From Lingula anatina (Eukaryota; Animalia; Brachiopoda), in contig CM120641.1 of the NCBI GenBank assembly GCA_051362555.1, positions 7,812,001-7,876,000 on the forward strand: DNA of 64,000 nucleotides, read 5' to 3'. This document shows, one piece after another, positions 1-14,030 of the stretch (position 1 is its first letter; the number at the start of each line of letters is the position of its first letter). Position numbers and translations under genes: made by a program. The notes under the pieces were generated by a model. That model ran no database searches. It was not told where the DNA came from and saw only the letters and a program-made list of their open reading frames with translations.

Positions 1-241
1 AGCTTTAGAGAAATCACATGCTGCAATTATCAGATACGTTGCAGAAACACTGATACATGTCAACACGCGCTTGCTAGAGGGTATGTATGGAACTTTTTGA
101 TTGGACATTGAAACTAGGTCATTTAAAATGGGTCACAAGTGTCAATAGTTGGAGGGGTGTAACATGCACAGCACAGACAACAGCGCCAACAACATCACTA
201 AGGGGAAAGAACTATTAGATTAAATAGAGAGGCAATAAAAC

Positions 242-1928
242 ATGTCGCTTGCAGTTCCATTGAAAGATATCCAAAGGGCACAAACCACATTAAAGGGGAC
301 AGCTTTAAGAACGCCGCTTGTCCCGTTGAATTACTCTGCTTCAGAAGGTATCAAGGTAAGTAGTAGTTTAAACATATGTTAGTACGGGTTGTACTGTTGT
401 TCACTGAAACAAATGTGCAATTTTTTATAAGAGATTATTCTATGCGCCAATGTAAATGTGTAATTTACCTCCAATATATTTAGAGGAAATTTATACGGAA
501 GACATACCCAGAACAGCTACTGGGGTATACAATATATGTAACTGCAACATGTACATGTACTCTACCCCCGTTACTCAATTGGTCAGTGTACAGGAGATTC
601 ATTTGACTTTGTGGCAGTTAACAATAGAATACACATACAGGGTACTCTGTATCTGGTGAACCTGTTTTGACATCGTATATTTTTATAGGTTACATAGTAC
701 AGTATGTAGGTACAGTATGTACATTTTGTAACATGTACCAGTATATCCAGCCAATAACTGATGATGATAGCATTTTCAATTTCTTCTATCCACTATAGAT
801 TTACTTGAAACTTGAAAACCTACAACCTATTGGTTCATTCAAATTGAGAGGAGCTTACAACGCTATCAACTGTATTCCACATGAAGAACTATCTAATGGT
901 GTTTACACTGCCAGTGCTGGGAACTTTGCCCAGGGTTTATCATGGGGAGCCAAGCAGATGAAGATACCATGTAATACTATTGTTCCAGACCATGCACCAC
1001 AGACCAAATTAGATGCCATTGAGAGACTAGGTGGAAAGTATTGCAAGGTGCCTTTTAATACATGGTGGACAGTCATTCAGGAGCATCACTACGATGGAGT
1101 TGCCGGGACCTTCATTCATCCAGTTTGTGAAAAGACTGTCATGGCAGGTTTGTTAAGACTACAAATTGCTTGATATGATAATTGGAAACTGGTTGTCTGC
1201 ACCTTGTGTTACGATCAGAGATAAATGGAAACTAACATCAACTGTTATATTTTGTTTTCAGTTATCCCCGAAACCTACTTTCTTGGTGCTCTTGATTTAA
1301 TATATCTCCTTTTCCCATCAGTCCAAATGCAAATACATCTTTATAGTCTCTTGTCTAAGAAACCAGCCCGATGAAAAAATAATATATGCTCTGTATTTCT
1401 TTGTCAATTTAATTTTCTGATATAGGTAATGGTACTATTGGACTTGAGATTTTAGAAGACCTTCCAGAAGTTGATGCTGTAATAATGCCATTTGGTGGTG
1501 GTGGACTAAGCTGTGGCATTGCCTCAGCTTTTCATGCTCTCAAACCTAGTGCCAGAATGTATGCTTGTGAAGTAGAAACTGCTGCACCGCTGGCTGAGTC
1601 ATTCAAGATACAAAAACCTACTTCCTGTGATTACAAGGCAAGTTTTGTGGATGGCATGGGAGGGAAGTCCGTACTTGATGAGATGTGGCCAATGGTAAAG
1701 GAACTTCTCATAGATTCTTTGGTAGTCAGCTTACAGGAGGTGGCAGATGCAGTGAAGTTATTGGTGGAGAGAAATCGTGTAGTGGCAGAAGGTGCTGGTG
1801 CGGCCCCCGTGGCGGCAGCACTGGCTGGGAAAGCAGGCACTGGGAACATTGTATGTGTTATATCTGGAGGAAACATTGACACGGATAAACTGATACCAAT
1901 TCTTCAAGGAAAGGTACCCGTCAAATAG
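242..1928 (+). CDS. PLP-dependent L-serine/L-threonine dehydratase-like protein (fold type II, serine racemase/threonine dehydratase family), ~321 aa, 3 exons
   Basis: Exons 242-355, 799-1147 and 1426-1928 join in frame through GT-AG introns (966 nt). Motifs: RTPL, YLKLENLQPIGSFKLRG (PLP lysine), SAGN, AGNGTIGLE, PFGGGGL (phosphate loop), EGAGA and SGGN. No C-terminal ACT domain. Confidence 0.92.
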
Positions 1929-2596
1929 TATCCTAATTACTACAGTTACTGGTTTCATATACTATGTAAGCAGCAAATAAGACAGAAACAATTTTCAGAA
2001 ATATATTTCTGTTTGTCAACAATGTCTTTTTAAATCTTCACATGATTGAAATATTTATTTTGACATAGTGTTGATAGTGTGCCTCTTGTCACTTGAAATA
2101 TGTGACACTATCCCCTTTTGGGCATATATTAATACATGATTTAATAAATTAAAGTAGGTGATGTTTGTGATTAATGAAACAAGTTAATGAATATGATTAT
2201 TTTATTAGTCTTGTTTTTCTTTTACCTGTCAGCTGTATTATATATGTTACAAGACAATCAAGGTGCATATATTATGAACAGTTTAACCAATCTGTTTTTT
2301 TAAATTAAAATGAAAATGAAGGAATGATATAATGGAGTGTCAGTGCCAGTGAGACAGTAAATGGTAACAGTCAAATGATATTAAATGAAAGTCCTCCTTA
2401 ATTGTTTGTTGAAAGAGAAAAATATTGCTTTACAATTTATATAAATATCATAATTTAATGTTTTAAAAGAAATTGTTCTTCTTTATATTTTAATATAAAG
2501 TGTTATTTTTGCACATAGAGGTGCAATATATTTTGAAGAACTGTCAAGAACTAAATATTTTACATAAAAGTCATCACTATGTGTCTGTATTCACTT

Positions 2597-3801
2597 TTAA
2601 CTCATGACAGATTTTGAAAAATATCTTTTGTCATCTTCCATCTCCATGTCCGACTCTAGTTCTGCCAGCTCTTGCACACACAGCTCATGTTGTTTTTTGA
2701 TTTGATCCATTACAGCATCATGGTGTTTGTAAAACTTTCTTAAACCACACTGAAAAAAAAAAGTTACTGAAGTTAGATATGTTCTTTAGAAATATTTCTC
2801 ATCAAAACTTGAAATTAATTATTTATGGGATGTGATTGATGAATGGTTGCCTTGATGATAGACATAAAGACACGCATTCTCAATGTGCATAATTTCAGGT
2901 GTTATACTGTCCCATCTGCAAAGCTTTCAGGTGTTGGTTTGCTATGAAGTGGGAATGTAGATTGATTTCAAATTGCTGAATACTTATAATTGTTTTTGTC
3001 TTCCATTTTGATAATTATAATATGATGAATAGGTACCTTCAGTCACAAAAAATAATGAAAGGTAATAACTAGCCGAGTCACCAGCAACACTAGAACTTGT
3101 ATATATTTTTTCTATAATTCTCTTCCTCAACTTATATATTCCTTATCTTTGAAATGTTCATTACAGGCAAGTGCTAAGAATAAAGATGTCCATCTCTACT
3201 CACATAGTCTGTTGGTTCAGGTTCTGTTTCTGTATCTCTGAAATTGGAATAAACCACTCTCAAATTAATATGGTATTAAAAACAAAGAAAGTTATCAATT
3301 CCATAAACATGACAGTATTACAATTTATATCTTAAAGTCAATTTGAATTGTAGTACAAAATTTAAAGATTTCACTTAAAACAATTGGAACATTTGATCAG
3401 GTTTATTGTCAACATACTACATATGAATAAATGTCCATTTCTTGTTAACTTTTCTATGTTGTTTGTTCTTCAACAAACATACCACAGTTAAATCAACAAG
3501 AAAAAGTACACCATTTACCACCACTGTGGCTGCTACAACTACTACTATTACTATTACTGCTACAGTACCACCACTACCACTATGACAACAACTATTTCTA
3601 CTTCCACTGCTAAGTACAATATCAGATCTTAACAGAAAAATACCTGTGAATAACCCTTGCTAATGTATCATCCACCATTTCTTTTAACTTGGTGATCTCA
3701 GCCTGATATTGCACTACAATACTGGTACCTCCCTCTGTCCCAATGCCTACAAATGGAAGTGGGATTTTGACAGAAATTATATATATATATATATACACGC
3801 A

Positions 3802-3854
<53 letters not shown>

Positions 3855-6827
3855 TCAGCATCAAAATTACTGGAGCTAAATTCATTCATAAAAGAAGAGA
3901 TGAAAATATCCAGATGAAGGCCATCTGCACCTGATCGCCTACCAAAATATACAGCAGTCTATGCATGATAGAATGCAACGGACATTTCTGCTAAGTACCA
4001 TATGATCAAGCAGACGTGAAAGGAGGGGGAGAATGTCCTCTATCTTGAATTGTTTTTCAATAAATGGATTTATACTTGTAATAAAATCAAATTTAAATAC
4101 CCCTCATAAGGTCCTCCAATTCCTGTATTTCTTTTCTAACCACATCAGCTGTCCTTTTCCCTTCAAAACGCCTGATAAAAATAGCTAACATTAGTGTCCT
4201 GAAAAAGTTTATTCTAACACAATAAAAATATAATACAGGTTTCATAAGCTGCTTAGCACAAGATTATGGTTTTAGTGTATTAGCTAGGTTATGTTTTATG
4301 CCCTCCTAGATATCAACTGTACAATTGCCATAAGTTCTCATTTTTACATTTAATTTATTTCATCAGTTAAATCTGGGATAAAACTCACTCATGTAACAGT
4401 GTTCCATCCTTTGCAAACACTTTGACTTGTCTTTGTCCAGCATGTTTGCACATCCAGTCCTCAAGCACCGGGGTGGGGTTCTGAAAAACAAAAGGCAGTG
4501 TTAAAAAATAACAATAAAATAATTAATTAAACAAATAAAATATGATAACCATAAAATTAATTAATTAAAAAATAAAGTTTCTTCTTTTTAGATTAAATTT
4601 AACTTAAAACTCTGCAGACATAATCAAAAGTCTATTTAACAGGATTTAGATGTCTGAAGTTTTTCTGTGTGACAACCATCAGACTCCAAAATTTTTCAAT
4701 TAAAAATTCCTTTTATATTAAACTGGTTGTCAGATGACAAGTTTTAGACCCATTTACATTTCAAGTAACACCAGTTTTTCTTTTTCAGAATTCTCCAGAC
4801 ACTTTCTGTCAATTTAAGAGAAAAATTATTAGTGAAAAAAAATGTTGCTTCTTACCCTATAATATCTGTACCTCTTTGGTGCCTAAAACATCAAATGATT
4901 AAAGTAATTTTAAAGAGTTGTCTATTTATCTACTATCATCCCCAGTGTTTATATATGCAAATTCATAATACACTACATAATACACATTATGTTTTTAATC
5001 TATGACATCTCTACTTTTAAAGCCAATCAGTGAGCTACATATACAGTATATGTGTATATAGTTCATTGAGCTATTAAGTCAATAGATAATCATTTTGTCA
5101 TCAAAAATCCAAAATAATATATTATAATATGCTATTTTGCATTTTAAATATAAAGGAACATTTTGAAAAGGTTACAGCTAAATAATCTTACCCACGGTTC
5201 TGGTTCTTTAACTTTACTTTTATATGGCAAATCATCTTCTGGATTCTGTACAGGTGGAACTGTAGGGAGGTCCTCATAGTCATTAGGAAATCCTGGTAAG
5301 AAAATCAAACCATCCCTTGGACTCATACCTATAAGACGAGGTGGGATCTCTGGTGTGAGCCATGGTGCCAATGGCTTTAAACTAGATGGAAGTTGCCTAA
5401 AAAATACCATCAACGTTGGCGTAATTATTCACTGTAACAGAAATTTATACTGACCTTTCCTTTACTTGTAGCATTTTGGTGGAAAAAGCATAAAAATACC
5501 ACCTACTGAGTATTCTTATGTAATAATTCGCTTAAGCATGTTTTATAGTAGTCTATCATATTTTGTGCTGTTAACCGATAATTTCTTATGTATTGAATGC
5601 CAAGTTATTTGAAGGAAATTTACTTACAGACTACTAAAATAAAGAAATACATTTAATACACTGCTCCAGTTTTTCTTAATATTGGAATGGTATTTGTAAT
5701 AAGATACATTTGTGTGGCTCACAGTAAAACTAAAACATTTCACAATAGGCTACCTTGAACATGGCTTGTGGAGAACACCTGGCAGGAATTCTCTTGGTGA
5801 TGTCTCTAGTTTATATGGACATCTTTCTCCTTTTGCCTCAGTTATTAGATCTGAATTACTCCCAAATACTTTCTTGTGCTCTGATAGGCTGTACACATTA
5901 GGTTTCAATCTATCATCTATACTATCTTGTCCTGTATCATAATATGCAGAATGACCTTGGGAACTTTCCAGTTTTGGATGAGCACTTTGTATCCTTTTCT
6001 TCATCCCAGTGTGCATATTCTTAATATCACTTGTTTGTTTGCCATCTTTAGTGGCTGGTCTTGGTGGAAGAGAATGGTTTGTCTGGAAGAGTTTTGAGGA
6101 TTTTGTTGTGGAAGAAAGCTCTCTGGCATATGCAGAAGTGCATGCTTTGCCTGGTCTTGATCCTGATGGAGGTCTTCTTAACAACACTTACAAAGAGTTA
6201 AAAGAGACAAATTATATGTTGTATTTGTACTGGAGAGTACAAGAAATTATATACAGTATACTAGTATATAGTAGCTTTATCAAAGAAAATGACTTGGGTC
6301 AACAAATTACTGTACAAAGACATAAGAGTAATACTTAATGCAGGACCCATTAATATTAATACAAACGTAAAGCAGACGGACATAATAAAGACCACTACCC
6401 GGTTAGAGTGAATTAAAAACAAAGTATCCTTTGGCTCAGTTCAAAGCCATTATATCTGTCGGTAAATAGTAGAGTAAGTTCTTAAAATGGCACAATCACT
6501 TACCGGGTATAATGACGGAGGTGTCACCGCAAAGCAACTGTACTGATTAGAATCTACCTACGGTTACAGCCTCAACTTACAGGCGTGTACTATTACCTAC
6601 CAGTAGTGCTAGTAAACTACTCCCGTCTGGAAATTCTACATGTACATTACAAGATTTAATCCCATTTCTAGATACTTAGAAGTTGTCCTTGTCTAAAATT
6701 ATTACAAAGCAGACAAGTTTAGTTGCTTTTCATTTTGTACATTATATCATATTATTTCCATCATACTGGCCTCACCTTTTTCTTCAAGTAAGTTTTTTGC
6801 CAGGAAAATAGCTCCTGTGTCCGCCAT
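2597..6827 (-). CDS. Uncharacterised protein, ~389 aa, 9 exons, with a probable C-terminal coiled coil
   Basis: Exons 6776-6827, 5754-6186, 5192-5396, 4856-4882, 4389-4480, 4101-4171, 3644-3746, 3204-3237 and 2597-2749 all have GT-AG boundaries with matching phases. They sum to 1170 nt (MADTGAIFLAKNLLEEK...KRYFSKSVMS*). No domain recognised. Confidence 0.8.
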
Positions 6828-7131
6828 GATTGTTTACACCAGCAACTTGTCATGACGAACCCAATATCGAGTATGATTATAAGCTCATATATTCCAGATT
6901 TACATGAATTGTTAATTTGTCAGGAATGGTTTTGATGCAAATATTCAGCAGTAAATATTTTTAAATCACAAAACACGGTATTTATTGTTATTATATTCAT
7001 TTAGGAGCTAAAAATTCTAGTTCACGTCTTACCGATACCAGCAGGTGCGAGATCTAACATGGCCGAGTCAGTGCAGTAGAAAATTTCCTGTATGTCGTTG
7101 TGTAGTTTTTCGAAGACACTGGACTGTCAAG
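6828..7131. promoter_or_regulatory. Putative bidirectional promoter between the orphan gene and NPLOC4
   Basis: Divergent start codons lie only ~305 bp apart. YY1-like ATGGC cores occur at 6821-6830 (minus strand, overlapping the orphan ATG) and at ~7056-7065. Confidence 0.6.
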
Positions 7132-9596
7132 ATGAGCAAACAGTTGGTAAGTTGCTAGATAAGGAAAACCGGGACTTTATCTTTAAAGGGTTTGGACGAT
7201 TTTTTTGCCAGTGAGATTGTGTACGTTTACTTCAGACTGTTGTCTGCTAGATGACGATTGATTGAATGAATCAGCTGTTTTATATATTTGTCAAATGTAA
7301 AACAAAACGGGAAAACTCCCTTTTACATATCGATTTTTAAGATGGGGCTTCTACTCAATATAGTGGTGTTTATGAAGACACGTGTCATTCATTGTACTTT
7401 TTCAGTATTTCTATTGTCATAGTCATGATCGGCATTTACTTGATGTCAAATGTTTTGAGCATGATGCAAATTAATATTTTGTTATCAATGACTTTCTATC
7501 TCTGTTTGTATATTTTTCCTTCAGATTTTAAGAATTCAGTCACCAGAACATGGAACAAAGCGTCTTCAAGTCACAACATCGGAGAAAATCATTGATTTTG
7601 TAGAAAAGGTTGGTGTATGACATCACACAGCAAGTTCATGTTATGAGCATTTAAACAGAGGAATACGTTTTATTGAACAGTTTTTGTAGATAAAAGGAAC
7701 TTTTGTGAGTAGACAAAATCTTCATAATCAATGTTTTCCATTATATTGGGTTGTGTTCAGTAAGGATTTGAATCATAAATAAATATTTTAATTGGAACAG
7801 GTTTGCAAAGAGTTTGGAGTATCCAGAGCAGACTGGAGTGTGTATAAAGGCAGAGACAAAACAGAAGAATTGAAAGGTTCACGATCCAGAAGTCTTGTTT
7901 CATATAATCTCAAGTAAGCCCATGGGAAATATCTATTTGAATTAACTCCTTCAATTCTGTCATGACATGTTAAGAAGATAACTGTAGTCAATTTAGATAC
8001 TACATGTTTTTATCGATTCCAGGACTATCCCCCCCCCCCCCCAAGACAACACCCCCTTCCCAGGATACAATGCTTTTGAATTATCTATTTACCACCTTTG
8101 TATTTTTTGAAAATTTTATGGAAAATAAGAAAGAACAGAATGTGAAATTAAAAGCAAAAGTATGGGCTGTCAGTTACAAGTTTCAGGAAGCTCACTTGTA
8201 CACTTATATAGCTTAATATGAAATATTCAGTCTGAGTTGTCCACTAAATCGAGGCCATTTACAGCTATTTAGATATAACTGTTGTTTGAATTACAGACAT
8301 GGGGATATGCTTTACCTGTTTCCTACCTGTGGGGCAAGAGTTGAAGGTGATCATACCCCGTTTCCTGAGGTCTCCAGCTCCCCAGTGCCTGCTGCTAATG
8401 TCCCTGATGACAGCAGGCCAGTGTTAGGTAGTGATGTTGTGGAAGATGAGGTGGATCAGCTGCTGGAAAAAATGGATGGGAAGATATACAGATCAAAAAA
8501 TGAACAGTTGTAAGTTAAAAACTGATTTTTTGATTAGCTGTTACCGTTGAATTAAACTAGCATGAAAGAAATTAGCTGGAAAGTGAATATTGAACAAGTT
8601 TTTAACTAATGTGTCTGTACTATACACTCTGTATTAGGTATTAGACCAATGAATCTTCGAATCTTTGTAGATTCTATACCCTCTGCAGTGTTTTAGTAGA
8701 TTCTGAAGTATTATATTTTCTCATGGTGTGACAATTTTTTCTTCTTTCCAGATGTCATCATGGTAGCTCAGGGAAGTGTCTTCATTGTGTTCCGCTAGAG
8801 GTATGACTTATTGGGTTACTTCCCAGTAATTATATAGTAAAATAGAAAAATTGATTTTCAAATTGTCTGTTTAAAATATGTTTTCTTTGGGTATAAAAAA
8901 AACATCCGATCATTAGTTATATTGAATTTTATGCTCATTGTTTGATATTGGTCATGTTCTTTTTTCAGCCATATGATGAGCAGTATCTAAAACAAGCAGA
9001 TCCACCTATAAAGTTTTTATCTTTCCATTCAAATATAAGAAGAATGAAATCTGGAGTTGACAAGTAGGTGACATTGCAATGTATTAACCTTGATAGATAT
9101 CAGATAAAAAAGTGAATTTATGCACAGGTTTAACCTAATTTATCAGTTGGACATCCATCCATTTTCCTGCATAGTACCTGTACATCATTGAAGTGAAATA
9201 TTGTGATTTTTACTCATTGAATGTTGCTTATATTCATTTAAACAGTAAAAGATAGATATGCTCCTTCAGTGCCTAGTTTTCAGATATTTAACATTGTTAT
9301 TTCAGAGGAAAATTTGCAACTTTGGAAAATTTAAGTTGTAAAATCAAGCCTGGCTGTAAAGAGCACCCACCCTGGCCTGGTGGTATCTGTACAAAGTGTC
9401 AGCCCAGTGCAGTCACTCTGAGCAGACAGGTGAGAATGTTGAGACACTCTGCATGGAACTACAGGGTGCCCCCCCCCTCCCCCCCCCCCCCCCCCCCAAA
9501 AAAAAAATTTTATTAAACCCATTCAAGAAATTTGCTGGACTTGAACTTCAATATGTGCATCATCATTCCCAAAAGTTTTAGTTATCTTGGTCGATT

Positions 9597-9651
<55 letters not shown>

Positions 9652-11330
9652 GTCACCTTGTAGTTTTAACAGAGAGACACAGTTATGTATTCCCTGTGCA
9701 CCAATAATTTTTAGACAGATATTATAGATAAAATCATTGTTCACATTTAAAACTTACATCAACAATTGCTGTACACTGTTTTTTAACTTGTTTGGGAAGT
9801 TTTATTTTCAAAATGGCATTTAGTGCAGGGTAAAATGAAAATAGTGATCATAAGTCATGTTTCCTATTGATTATTTTACTGCTTAAACCTGAATTGATTG
9901 ATGTTTACTAAGTATGTTTAGTCATGTTTTTAGAATTTTTTTTATGTTTGTTGATTTCAGAAATTCCGGCATGTTGACTACATTATGTTTGAGAACCATG
10001 CCCTGGTAGACAATTTTTTCAACTATTGGCGCAGCAGTGGCAACCAAAGAATTGGCTTTCTGTATGGGAAATATGAACACCATAAAGACATTCCTCTAGG
10101 AATTAGAGCTACAGTTTCAGCCATCTATGAACCACCACAAGTATGAAATTTAAAAGAGAAATGTTTTTATAGCTTTTTCTTATAGAAATTGCCTCTGAAA
10201 TTCAGAGCAATGAACTGCTGCACAAATGTAAAAAAAAAAAAAAAAACAGTTTCAGACCAATGAATCTTCGAATTTTCTAATAAAATTTAAAAAGGATGCC
10301 AAATTTATACATAGCCTCATTTTTATTGATGTCCTTTCATGTGAAAGCAATTAGCTTTCAGCAGTTAATTGTAAGAAGAGTAATCTGTTAAGAATTAGAA
10401 AAACTGAATTTAACCTATTTTATTATTTTTCTTTTTTTCATTGATGGAGAATTTATTTTATGTATAGGTAAGTGGAAGAGACAGTGTAGAGCTGTTACCA
10501 GATGAGAAAGAGGAACTAGTCAGTAATATAGCTGCTCAGCTTGGCTTGCAAAAAGTGGGGTGGATTTTTACAGATTTAATAGCCAAGGACTTGAAGACTG
10601 GAACAGTAAAGCATTACAGAGGAACTGTGGTAAAGTTAATTAATTTTTTTTAAAGCATGAATATGAATATGTAAACCATGTCATGTTGTTAAGCTAAGTG
10701 GTCCTTTAGGTCTACCTTTTTGGAAATGTGATATTGTATCTTATATCTGTTTCAAAACCAACACAGCAAGCAGTTGTTTGTAATGTTCATAGAGGGGCTG
10801 AGCTGTCAAATAGAATAAGAATTATTCAAGATTTGATTTGTCTGTTTTCGCCTCTACAGATATGTTGAACACTGCGTTTTTGTATAGCTTAAACCGTATT
10901 GCCCATTTTCTAGGAGATAAAGTCACTATGAAGTAGCATTAAGAAGCACAAACATTGACCATATTGAAGTATGTGTTGTGGCTCAGTGGGGATTGCTGTC
11001 TGTATGTTATAAAAACAACTGCATTCTAAATCGCATGTAAATGCTTTGTCCCCAGGATACCCATTTCTTAAGTGCAGAAGAATGCATCATGGCTGCAGAG
11101 TTTCAGAATAAACACCCCAACCCTTGTAAGCTTTCTCCAGATGGGCATTTTGGATCAAAATTTGTCACTGTTGTAGTAACAGGTAAGTTTAAATATTCTT
11201 TATTACAGGGCAGGTAGACGTCAACATTTTTGGATAGCAAATTGATTTGAGAAAATAATATCTTTTCTTTTTCCAGTTTTAAGTTTGTCCATGGCTCCTT
11301 TTCAAATTGCCATCAGTTTACTGTTAATAC

Positions 11331-11361
<31 letters not shown>

Positions 11362-13858
11362 TTATAAAATTAATTACTTTTTACACTTACACTATTTAAC
11401 ATGATTTTCCAAAAGCATGCTCTGAGATGGTATTGGACATAATCGGGTGCAAGTCTGCAGTATAAGGGCGCATTAAGCTTAAGTTTTATTTCTCAGATAA
11501 TGATGGCAAATTGACTTCAAAGATTGCCTTTTGGACATCACCCCTGTTCTCTGATAGTAGTGGTAAATGAAGTCAGACTTAACATGATAAAAGTATCTTA
11601 AAATTCTTCAGATCAGTTGACCGTCAGGCTACCTCTGGCCACACTCATGAAAAATATTCTTTATATTTGATTTCAAAGCTGATAAGCTGACTTATATTTG
11701 TTTGATTTATCTTCCAGGAGATGCTTCAGGACAGATTCATTTTGAAGGGTACCAGGTGTCAGACCAATGCATGGCCTTGGTGAGAGATGACTGTTTTATT
11801 CCCACTAAAGATGCCCCAGAACTGGGATTTATCAAGGAATCGTCAAACAAGCAGTATGTGCCAGATGTGTTTTACAAGGCAAGTGCACTTTCTGAATAAT
11901 ACTTGCATATAAAAATTGCAGAGCATAGATGGCTGCCTGTGTAAATTGTAATTGTGCAGCATATACTTATACATGTACATATATCATCATGCACTAAACA
12001 TTTCTCAACTGTTCACTTAATCTTTCGCTATCCCTCAATACCAAAACATCATATGTATTACATATATTATGCATACTGTAGAATGTATTATGCTGCATAG
12101 AAACACTGCAATTTAATGAGAAATGCTGGATTATGCATAAGATAACTTTATAATACTTTCCTACAGGATAAAGATGAATACGGCAATGAAGTGATGCAGC
12201 TTGCCCGTCCTCTTCCAGTAGAGTACCTTCTCATAGACATGGCAGCAGCCTTTCCTGTGGAGCAGCAGTATACTTTCTTTTACAGAGATGGCATCAAGCC
12301 TTTCCCCATAGAGAACAGAGCAGAAGTGGGGGAGATCCAGGTGAGGAGGCTGAGGTTTAGAAATGTTCAAAATAACACTTTTAAATAGAAAGAAAATTGT
12401 CAGCTTGTGCTAAATAATTATGATCTGTTTAAAAATCATGTATACTCGATAACACAACATTTGAAAGTCCATTGTTTTTCATCTCTTTTGATTTTTTCCC
12501 AAATATCTTTTAGTGGGTATTTGTGGAATTCGGGAACAGATGTAACTTGATTATAAACCAGCAAAATCACCTGTGCTTTCATATTTCTTGTAAATTAGGC
12601 AGGAAGTGAAACATTTATTGCTTTGTTGCATCTTTTCACTTCATTACTTTTTACTGCTTTGAATAATGCAAAGCTCCTTATCTCTGAACAAAATTCTTTT
12701 TTAATGTGTAATGTTTCTAGTTGCATAGGATTGCAAATATATTATTTATTATAAAACATTCTATTTCATTTAATTTACTTTTTAAGGATTTTAATGCCCT
12801 GACCAGCTACATGCACCAGTTTACAAGGGAAGATTTTCTCAATGCTATGTCAGATTTCCATTTGTTAATTTTCCTGGCTACTTGTGATATGCTACCTCTG
12901 AAGGTAGGTTTAGAGGAAAGATCATAAATTTGTGGAGTGTACATATGTGAAGTCTGAGGGAGTATTGTCCTGGGTGTTTGTTTTCATTTTTAGTTGTGAG
13001 ATACTTGATTTTTTATACCTGTGTTTATGATTGTACCAAAGGTAACAATCACAATGTAGTGTACTTGGGCACAATCTTACCATTTTTCCACTGATTAACA
13101 AAGATTGCTGTTATGTTGGAATTATATTCTTCAGTTTTGTGTTAAAATAGGAAGTGGGATTATGATTGGCAAAATGAATATTTTTAATGCTCACACTAGT
13201 TTGAAACCAGGGTTGAAAGATTTTAATAAGATGGTGTCATGAAAAATGAAGGGGTTTTTCTCTTCACATTTACAGCTTGCTAAATGGATAAATTTTATTC
13301 TTTATTCTTATACTTTAAAGATTTAAAGTAGAAATTTCAGAATTTTAGGGCTACAATTCTTGTCACATTCTGTTTATTGAAACATTAATATTAGGGTTTT
13401 CAAGAAAAGCATTAATTTTCCTTTCAGGACCACATGAATAGCTTATTAGAAGCAGTGAGAAACAAAGATGAGACATTAGCACACCACCTATCCAAAACAG
13501 AAGAGTGGGGAACTGTAGAACAGCTGATGGAAGCAAATGGTAAAGTTTAGGTCATCCTTTTCTGTCTTCTAGTTTTACTACATTGAAAATATTGCACCAT
13601 GTGATTTTTTACAGAAAATTATCTATAAGTATTTTATATTTATACCTCTGGACTAGAAGTCAAATTTTTTGCATTATTCGTAATCGCATTTTATCATTTT
13701 CAGTCCCATCTCCAACCCCACTGCCAAGGGAGGGATCTTTTGTTGGACCAAATGCTGAGCCCCTCCCACCAATACGTGGATGGCCCTGTGCACATTGCAC
13801 ATTTTTCAACCAGCCAGGCAGGGGAGAGTGTGAAATGTGCACACTACCAAGAAGTTGA
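7132..13858 (+). CDS. NPLOC4: Nuclear protein localization protein 4 homolog (p97/VCP-UFD1 cofactor), ~626 aa, 15 exons
   Basis: Exons 7132-7146, 7525-7608, 7801-7913, 8297-8509, 8752-8800, 8969-9063, 9306-9429, 9961-10140, 10468-10629, 11056-11182, 11718-11878, 12167-12340, 12787-12903, 13428-13539 and 13704-13858 (1881 nt, in frame). Domains seen: UBX-like start ILRIQSP, zf-NPL4 ([12 protein letters not shown]; [17 protein letters not shown]), MPN-like region ([37 protein letters not shown]) and a C-terminal NZF ([10 protein letters not shown]...CEMC). Confidence 0.97.
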
Positions 13859-14030
13859 AATTGTCCCTACGCTAAGTGATGCCAGACATTTCGTTACTTC
13901 ACCTTTTCTCTGGTGGATGTAAAACTTCGAAGTCATTTTCAAATGCTTAATATGTATTTGGGATGTTTCTGAGAAAACCATGTTGTAATAAAATACATCT
14001 ATCAATGGAAGGGATTATATTGCCTTTCTG

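Noticed and set aside
1631-1958. Antisense and alternative-frame ORFs over the dehydratase (similar shadows at 6009, 17950, 38595, 50287, 52069 and 56204)
   Set aside because: These are shadows of real coding exons with no independent evidence.
3698-3934. ORFs with CVCVCV/HTHTHT runs (also poly-K/F, YIYI and ERER ORFs elsewhere)
   Set aside because: They are translations of microsatellites and homopolymers.
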